Shown: one piece after another, positions 20,391-27,866 of the stretch | How the letters are laid out: every line of letters begins with the position of its first letter | How positions within the stretch are numbered: position 1 is the stretch's first letter | Origin: Macrostomum lignano | Lineage: Eukaryota | Assembly (NCBI GenBank): GCA_002269645.1 | Contig: NIVC01001423.1 | Coordinates: 1-27,866, forward strand | Reading direction: 5' to 3' | Length of the DNA stretch: 27,866 nt | Program-made: the position numbers and the translations under genes | Notes under the pieces: generated by a model | Databases searched by the model: none | What the model saw: the letters and a program-made list of their open reading frames with translations, nothing else | Told to the model about the DNA's origin: nothing

Positions 20391-22050
20391 ATGGTGGAGG
20401 TTGCCTGGCTCGGCGGGCGGCGTATCTCCGGAAGACATAGATTGCTACTGTCTGTGCTGGTGCGGACCAATGGTCGCTCCCAGGTCAGGGCATGGGTCCA
20501 GGGGCCCCCGGGGCTCCTACTGGTTGCTCATGTCAGTGTGAGTCCCTTCTTGGAGGGTGTCCGCCACTGCTGCTGGCCCAGACGTGTGCATGCTCAAGCT
20601 CCAGCTGGCTTCTTCTATCCATTCTCAAATGCTGCATCATCATACTGCTGAATAATTTAGTCTCAATGGCCTATAGGCTCTTGTGACTGTGCGCTACTAA
20701 AAAGAAGTAGCATTTTTCTAGAAGAAGGCTTCGTTATCAGGCATTGCTACTGTCAGTAGGGCTTCACAGTTATTATGAAGTTGTAAAAAGCTATCCGTAG
20801 AACTATTCTTAGACGAATAAACAAGTTAATCGCACTCACTTTATCAGCATGCCTGCATATTCGTTGTGGCTCGTTTCCGAGAGTAGAAAATTCACCTCAG
20901 CAGAAACTGTCTGCTTTTTTGCATAGTACGCTCGTAAGAAGACTTAACCAGTTCCTGATTTCCTCCCACCTTCCCGATTCTTCTCTCTCCTTAGATTAGG
21001 GGTGGGAGAGTCCGGTTTGATCGGATTATGTTATTTCATACCACAAGAACTGTCTGCCAGCTCTGCAGGGCACTCATGCTGACTGTCTCTCTTCCGGAGT
21101 CCCAAACCAGTCGCTTAACCTCAAGTCAAGCGATACTCCATGTACTGCTTGGTGTTTACCAATACTCCGGTAATTGGTTTGGTAACTGTGAAGTCAAGCA
21201 AGAGAAGGACATCGAGTACGTATTATAAAAATATATGACTATCAACGTGCGTTCCATAGAAGCTGCACTCTAATTACAGTAGGAATACCAAGCCATTTTT
21301 CCGCCCGCCAAACTACCAAGGGGGGAATCCCCCCTTCCGCCAACAATGCTCCGGAACGCAGCAACGCAGGCACAGGAAACTCAAGAACACGGGCTGACTT
21401 TTTGAGCTAACCTTCTCAATCAAGAATCAAGTCGCCAACCCTCCGGACCGTCGAGATATTCGAGGATTCTGCCAGAAAGTCCGATTTTTTTCCATAAGCG
21501 CCAGTGTATTTAGTACATCCCTGTGCGCCAATCAGCACTGTGCCTCAGTGCAGCCTTGCCAAGCCTCCAAAGTTCATCTGCGCGTTGACCACAGGTGCCT
21601 GCATCAGCTGACTTCATTGGTCACTGGCCTTCACCCAGACGGAGCTTCTGGACATTCAACAGGGGGCTCCAGGTGAATATGGACACTCTGATGCAAATTT
21701 TTCGAATTTCACTGATCAAGCCTCGACAGTGGGCAAACCCCAACTCCATGTTCATTCTCAGCTGAAAACATATTCTCAGGAATTCCCTCTATTGGTAGTT
21801 CTACTGATAAACCCCATCAGGTTGAAACTTCATAAGCTTTAACCTCACAAACTTTAAGCTTCATATCGTCGAAAAGTCAGTTACATTTATAAGCTAGAAA
21901 AACAAAAAAAAAACTTATAAAGCGATTAGCCATAAAAAGTTCAATCATTGTTATAAATTGGCTTTACAAAACTGATTTGAAAATGAAATTTTCGGAGCGA
22001 TAGATTCCAGCAGAAATAACTCGCACTAAGAAAGAGTAGTTTAAAGTAGT

Positions 22051-22123
22051 TTGTGAAGTTTCAAGGTTGTGAAGTTTCGAGCTTGTGAAGTTTCGAGCTT
22101 GTGAAAACTTTGTGCTTGTGAAA
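22051..22123 (+). repeat. 16-bp minisatellite, about 4.5 copies
   Basis: TTGTGAAGTTTCGAGC units start at 22051, 22067, 22083, 22099 and 22116. Confidence 0.85.
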
Positions 22124-22665
22124 CGCCCACGCTGAGGTGGGTTTTAGCCATACCGGTAGCCAAATCCACGCCTCCTGTGTCCACCAGTGATTGAGTATGA
22201 CTTAATAACTATCTTCACAGGCACAAAATCCAGTTGCAAATATCAAACAGACAAAACAAGGAAGCGGAAAGGCCTACTGCCGCCCACCTTCCTGCGGCCT
22301 TGAAATTGCAGACAGCACCAGCAATGGGAAGGAAGTGAAACGCAGAGAAAGGCAAATGAGCCTTCATTAAAAGCGGGAAGAGACAGTCGGGCAGGGTTGC
22401 TAGGCAAACAGGAGCGGACAAGACGAGGATGGGAGCGTGCGGAAATGTCGACGGGGGCGAAGAAAGGATAAATTTGTCCTATAAATAGACAGCGCTTTGA
22501 TTTTGATTTTCTCAAGCGTCAGAATGGGAAAATGAGAGAGCGGAAAGGGCAGATGGGAGCGCTGACAACAAGCGGCACAGCGATGGGCTTGAACCTGACC
22601 TTGTCGCGCTAAAAATATTATTAGCAAAAGAGCAAACGTCAAAACAAACATTTAATCTATTTAAA

Positions 22666-22706
22666 CTGCCGATGCGTTTCATCCAAAGCGGACATCTTCA
22701 GGGCAA
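22666..22706 (-). ncRNA. Mutated hammerhead ribozyme copy in the inverted arm
   Basis: Same fold on the minus strand, but GGAC>GGAT in stem II and GCGTC>GCATC in stem III. Confidence 0.6.
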
Positions 22707-23062
22707 ACGAACCATCGACCACCTATTCGTGTGCAAGGCGTGTTGTGACTGTGAGCCTATGCAGTTGTTCAAGGTGATGGACGGATGTAACAATGATAGA
22801 AAACTAAAATTGTTGGAGTCTACGTACATTAGGAAGTACAATCCTTAAACGTTCAGCTTGTGAGTAAAGGTATGGAGCAACAACTCAGAATTTTTTTATC
22901 TCGTTGTGCGCGGTGGTGAGGTGGGTGCACCCTCTTAACTGATTGGTTTGTTAGTTAAAAGTTTACAGCATGTACATGTTTTTCGTTCTTTCTGTTTTTT
23001 GTTCGCTCAATATTTTTCGATTTAATTTAAATACATTCTCGTTTGTGTTTTCGATGGTTCGT

Positions 23063-23103
23063 TTGCCCTGAAGATGTCCGCTTTGGACGAAACGCGTCGG
23101 CAG
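23063..23103 (+). ncRNA. Minimal type I hammerhead ribozyme (PLE-type), intact core
   Basis: Stem I TTGCC/GGCAG, core CTGAAGA (23068-23074) plus an extra T, stem II GTCC-GCTTT-GGAC, GAAA, palindromic stem III ACGCGT, and a GTC cleavage triplet (cut after 23098). Confidence 0.8.
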
Positions 23104-24050
23104 TTTAAATAGATTAAATGTTTGTTTTGACGTTTGCTCTTTTGCTAATTTTAAAGCGAGCTACATTACCACAGTAAAAATATTATGCTGTTACAATCGA
23201 AGACCCCATTCAGTTCAGCTTTGAAAGCAATTCATATTTGCCCACTGAAATCTATAGGATGACTAAAAACAAAGCAAGAACAAATTAAAATAAATGGAAC
23301 GGGAGTGCCTGCAGTTGCGTACTACCCGGCAATTATCAAAGCCGGTGCCAATTCGTTACATATTTCATCGATTAAACTAGGTCACAGTACACTTTTACTG
23401 CTTCAGTACTCTGCTTGCTTTGCCTTCTTACTCACACAGAAGTACAAAATGAGATACGGAATCATGTTTCTGTAAAACAGACAGCAGCGTGTTCCTGCCC
23501 TAGGAATTGGCAAAGTCAAAAGCAAGCATTTTTCATTTTATAATGATGAAATACAGATGCATCACTTGCAGGTTTCCAAAGTTTCATCGTGAACTTTTTT
23601 TTCGCTGTAAATTCATTGAAGGTTCAGATCTTTGCATATCACGATGTCACAAATATAGTTTAGTTATTAAAAGTTTTCGACAAGTAACAACAAATAATTG
23701 GCAGGTACGATAGAATAGCTGCTAATTCCCACTTGTATTTTTTGTATTCTTCCGTGCATGAGTTCAGTACAAGGACGCTTCACTGGCCTAAATATCCACA
23801 GAAACTGTTATTTAAATTTTTCTGCCCGGGACAAAATGAGGGGAAGAGAGAGCGATCGGGAAAGCAAACGGGGGGGGGAATAGAGCTACGACTCCTACGA
23901 GTAGCTGGAAGGGCAATGGACAGCTGGGGAGGGTTCATTTGAGAATTGTTTACATGCTGCGGGATTGGCCCGCAAGCGAAAAAAAGGGAATCTCGCACGG
24001 GGCGTGTTCCCGGTCCTTTTTTCCTAACCCCTCCCTCCTTGCCTCGATAG

Positions 24051-24069
24051 ATGCAACCGGAGCATATAG
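24051..24069 (+). other. 19-nt 5'-UTR micro-exon of the IRS-like gene, beginning with ATG
   Basis: CCTAAC branch site, pyrimidine tract and TAG acceptor ending at 24050, AG|GTGAGC donor at 24070, next acceptor CCCAG ending at 24198. Confidence 0.6.
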
Positions 24070-24228
24070 GTGAGCGTCCCGGGCCTTTGCACGCAGATTT
24101 TTCCGCACGGCAACTCCCCTCTGCCGGAGCCTAAATCACATAGCTCTTAGCGGCGGCATAATTGACAACACAAAAACAAAGCAAGGACTTTCACCCAGAC
24201 GCGACGAGTGTAGCAACGGCAAAACAAT

Positions 24229-27200
24229 ATGGAGCAGTTATACCAGCAGACTGACGGCAGCACCATCGCATTTGCCTACCTTCACACGCTGAAGCTGCGC
24301 AAAAAGCAGTTCTTTGTTCTGCGCTCGGTGTCGCGGCCATCGGCGTGGGAGACGCAGTCGACGATTCCGGACAGCATGAAGGACTACTTCTTGTACGCGT
24401 TCAAAAACGAGAAGCACTATCAAAAGCGGCAGCCACGCAGGGTATACAACATGTCCGGCATTATTCTGCTGACGCGATGCACAAAGAAAGACAATCGAAC
24501 GGTGCTGGGAATCTGTTTCCAAGAAGACGCCCTGTTCCTACGATTCGAGACTGAGGACGAGCTCAATAGGTTTGATTCTTGTTTTCCAAACTTCTTATAA
24601 GATCTGATGAACATATATTGTATAAAGCAAAGGCTGTTTCTCCCCTCCCATTCACTCTAGGTGGTACTTTCACTTGAGCAAGATTCACAGTCTAAAGCGG
24701 AACTGCCGTTGGCCCGAGCTGACGCACTGTTTCAGTGTCCTGCTGAAGCCCAAAGGTTTGGCAGCCCCAGCGTCGAATGGTCGTCACCTCGGACGGCCGG
24801 ACCTGGCCGGTTCCTATAGGCTATGCCTGACGGACTCTACCGTGTTGCTGGTCCGCGACTGCCTGCTAAACCCAACCCTGACGCTGCCCTACCGCTGCAT
24901 CCGGTCGTGCGTGCATTCCATCAGCGCCAGCTTCTTTCAGATCCACCTGGGCAGGCTTAGCCCCATCGGAGAGGGAGTGCTACACTTTGAGGTGAGGCTG
25001 CTTCTGGATTAAGATAACTCTGTTGTGTCCAAGGTTGGTTTATAGGTTTATCAAGATAAACATTATCACTTTTATTGCTACATTTTCAATGGTCGAATCG
25101 CCATCCATACAAAGACTGACCAACGCTGAGGCAAGGTACTGCTAGCTGTACGTGGAGCGTTTCTACTCTTGACTTGACTCAGCTGCAGGGGCTCCGGGCA
25201 TATTCCGGCAGGCGTTGACTCCCTTTCCGCCAACCCCTGGTGACCACGGGTAGCTGGTGCTGCGCGGTGTCGCACACGGTGATCCAGTGATGCCGGTGGG
25301 GCGGTGTCCGCTGCGCGGTCCCCCTCTGGAGGGTCCAGGAGGTGGATGGTCGCTCGCCCGGTAGCCCTTAGGTAGCGGACGAGCTGGCGGATATTCTCGA
25401 GCCTGAAAACCTCGAGCCTGTCCTGAGTAAGGGCGGGGCATTCACAGATGAAGTGCTCAGCATTCTCAACACCTTAGAGGCAGAAAGGGCGTTCCTCGAT
25501 CACTACGCATTTTCCCTGGAGGCAACGATGCCTGGCAAAATGCCATGGCCCCATGGTCACCGCCCTGATGTCCCTGCGGTTGAGTCCAAGCAGGGTCCTG
25601 CGGAGGGCGGGGAAGGACAGGGGACAGTCGTGCGGGATTGCCGGCAGTCAAGAAGGGGGGTTAGCCCACCTTTCACTGTGCTTAGATGCCACCCACTGGT
25701 TGATCCGAGTGGTCACAACAGCGGTTGGGGGGAGGGCACGGGCAGGCTATCAATAAAATATCCGGTCAAGCCGGCCTTGGCCACTCTACAAAACGTTTTT
25801 TAAATATTTTTCGACAAATTTGTGATTCAACGTCGGACAAAACAAAACACGGAAGTCCAGAAACTGAGATATTACGCTTGTATGAATTTTCTAGTGCTGA
25901 AAAAGTGAACACTTCTTACTGGTGCATTTTGCGAGTCCTTCTACTTCAGCTGTCAATGATTTTCATAGCGAGGAATTCTCCGCGGTCTGCACTTATCGCC
26001 TTGACTTGTTGACTTGTTTATTTTATTTTACTGTTTTCCAAGACTTGCAACAACTCGGATATATTATTTCGACGAGCATTCCAATATGACCTGTTAACCT
26101 TTGTTTGAGCAAGAAAAACACACAACGGAAGACCTTCAGCTTAAAAAACAAGCATTACGCAGACTGTAAATGCATATCAGTAGGCTTGCCCCAAATCCTT
26201 TCAGGCGGCTGAAAATAACAAGCTTTGCTGAGGGGTCAATGGATGGCTTCTTGCCTCGATTTGTTGCCGCAAATATTTATAATACCTTAAGCATTGGGCC
26301 TCGCCGTTGGATTGAGATGTTATTCAAACAAAAGCATGTCCTCTGCAGGCCGAGCAGCTCTCCATGATGAAGGAAATTGTTGAGGCTTTGATGCGCTGCC
26401 TGAACGAGGCAAGCAGTCATCGGCTGCATCAGGCGGCGGCCCTGTCGCCCGCTGCACGTCGGAGGAGTCCCATGAAGGCCCGGACTGCTGGCTTGAACAG
26501 CCGGCCGCGCTCCAAGGACGTGCTGAACGGGCTGAGGCAGGAGATTCGGCACCGGGCCAGCCAGCTCGTACGGCGAAGCAGCGCCGCCCTGTTCAATGTC
26601 AACAGGTGCAACAGGTGAGGCGTCGGTGTGCTGGGGCTATGCTGGATATAATGTACCTATTTGTATCGTTTCGTGGAAAACTGTTGCAGAATAACACATC
26701 ATTCATATTCCGGATTGATTTTGTCTTTTTAATCAATATTTGCACAATATCAAGAGCATCATATCAATCAAACTGAACAAACGTATTGACTGAGTTACAT
26801 AAGGTTAATCGATACTACTGAGAAAAGTACTACTGACTGGCAAGTGAGCCAGCTCAAAGCAATACATTTCTCCATGCATTTCTTGCTATTGAAATTTAAG
26901 TTGACAAAAGTGTAAATCCATTTGAAGTCGAACCATACTGTCTCAATACAGGTCTGTTTATTAGAAGGGCAGAAGCTGAGAAATTAGTCCATCTATTGAT
27001 ACATGTAGTTGATTAGCGGTCCTTGGCAAGAAACATGTTGGCTTTAAAGCCAATAGTCCACTTGTGCAGCACTCTCTTCCACTTGAGCAATGCTCCACCT
27101 CTCCGCCCGCAGCGCAAGCCAGCAGCCGCTGAGCTCGTCGCAGTGGAGCGGCGCAGTCGAGCTGGCACCCTGCACTGCGGCCTGCGCTCGTCAAGCCAGC

Positions 27201-27386
27201 CGCTGTCTCTGATGCCGAATGAGGGCGGCGAGGGCGAGGGAGACTATCTGGACCTCAGTGGAACCGTCGGGAGCGGCCTGCCTGCGCGATGCGGCCAGCC
27301 AATCGCCGAGCTCCGCATCGTCCGTGTCGGTGTGCGGCGCCGCCTCTTTGGCAGATTGCACCACCAGCGATCGGGCGTCCCGGTTG
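24229..27386 (+). CDS. IRS: Insulin receptor substrate (IRS/chico-like) adaptor with PH and PTB domains, 3' end beyond the window
   Basis: Exons 24229-24569 (PH: [29 protein letters not shown]), 24661-24991 (RW.., PTB: [39 protein letters not shown]), 26349-26614 ([16 protein letters not shown]) and 27070-27386 (GDYLDL) have compatible phases 2, 0, 2. The motifs match remembered IRS-1 HKRFFVLR and VILKPKGL..GIYRLCLT..IRRCGHS..FFFIEVGR. An in-frame TAG at 24211 supports ATG 24229 as the start. Confidence 0.88.
25168..25752 (-). mobile_element. 5'-truncated LOA/R1-like LINE 3' end in IRS intron 2
   Basis: Minus strand, with frameshifts: [53 protein letters not shown] ([10 protein letters not shown] at 25429-25458), the post-RNase H zinc-knuckle region. 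It ends in a short AGTCA-repeat tail at 25168-25182. Confidence 0.7.
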
Positions 27387-27569
27387 GTAAGCATTTTTTT
27401 ACCACAAATTTTGTTTTCTACCAAATAATTCGAACGTTAATACCCTACACAGCATATATATACCTATATTGCATTCATTCTAGTCGTGCTTATAGTTAGA
27501 ATCACCTGACATAGATGCTAGAATTCAACACTTTTATGCAAGTCTATGTGAAAATTAGCAGAAACTTTT

Positions 27570-27866
27570 GTCTTAAATTTAGTGCAAGTCAGAATATTGA
27601 CCATAGATAGCAGTTTACTTGTGTCTTAAATTTAGTGCAAGTCAGAATATATGTGACCATAAGATAGCAGTTTACTTGTGTCTTAAATTTAGTGCAAGTC
27701 AGAATCAGTGACATAGATAGCAGTTTACTTGTGTCTTAAATTTAGTTGCAAGTGAATCAATATGACTTTAGATAGCAGTTTACTGTGTCTTAAATTAGTG
27801 CAAGCAGAATCATGTGACCACTATAGATAGCAGTTTACTTGTGTTAAATTTAGTGCAAGTCAGAAT
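27570..27866 (+). repeat. AT-rich tandem satellite, unit 53-57 bp, at least 5.5 copies, runs off the window
   Basis: GTCTTAAATTTAGTGCAAGTCAGAAT..GACCATAGATAGCAGTTTACTTGT units start at 27570, 27623, 27680, 27733, 27787 and 27843. Confidence 0.95.

Larger units (their letters stand above)
22620..23149 (+). mobile_element. Penelope-like element 3' fragment (GIY-YIG C-terminus plus pLTR) with an inverted 99-bp pLTR copy at its 5' end
   Basis: 22620-22718 and 23051-23149 are reverse complements with 2 mismatches. The interior reads DHLFVCKAC..FKVMDGCNNDRKLKLLESTYIRKYNP and, after a frameshift, LNVQ, typical of the PLE GIY-YIG C-terminal LE-x-x-Y-I-x-x-x-x-P-x-L-N motif. Confidence 0.8.

Noticed and set aside
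20525-20575. HDV-like ribozyme at the LINE 5' end, as in Ingi/L1Tc
   Set aside because: A CCCT-CCAAGA-AGGG hairpin exists on the minus strand, but the L3 consensus and the nested P1/P2 pseudoknot could not be built.
21318-21336. AAGGGGGG-AAT-CCCCCCTT hairpin as a terminator or element end
   Set aside because: It is a low-complexity 8-bp stem with no partner end, and intrinsic terminators are not relevant in a eukaryote.
27290-27386. Possible further frameshift in the last IRS exon (alternative Ser-rich frame [19 protein letters not shown])
   Set aside because: Both frames are open and GC3-rich, and the next exon is not in the window, so it cannot be decided.
1411-27386. Operon-like cluster of three co-oriented genes
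   Set aside because: The intergenic gaps are several kb, repeat-filled and have their own AATAAA signals. Co-orientation of three genes is expected by chance.
27570-27866. CRISPR array
   Set aside because: The units are contiguous with homologous rather than unique spacers, there are no cas genes, and the context is eukaryotic.

Overview
Eukaryotic (invertebrate animal) genomic DNA with GC3-rich exons and AT-rich GT-AG introns. The style resembles the flatworm Macrostomum, but the species cannot be established from the sequence. There are three host genes, all on the + strand. (1) The 3' part of a nesprin/Msp-300-like spectrin-repeat gene (exons from 1411 to about 7994) with no KASH tail and two apparent single-base frameshifts in its last exon. 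(2) A complete 11-exon, 303-aa calbindin-32/Cbp53E-like six-EF-hand gene (11035-18415). (3) The 5' part of an insulin receptor substrate (IRS/chico-like PH+PTB) gene (24229 to beyond 27386), preceded by a 19-nt uAUG micro-exon. Introns and intergenic DNA carry many mobile elements: a degenerate Crypton tyrosine recombinase with a 12-bp-arm palindrome, a Penelope GIY-YIG 3' fragment between inverted 99-bp arms that each hold a hammerhead ribozyme motif, an Ingi/I-group LINE lacking its reverse transcriptase, a LOA/R1-like LINE 3' end, two adjacent tRNA-derived SINEs (one with a MIR-type CORE), several MITEs, and a ~54-bp satellite running off the window end. Exon models and translations were read by hand, and family assignments rest on remembered motifs, not database searches.
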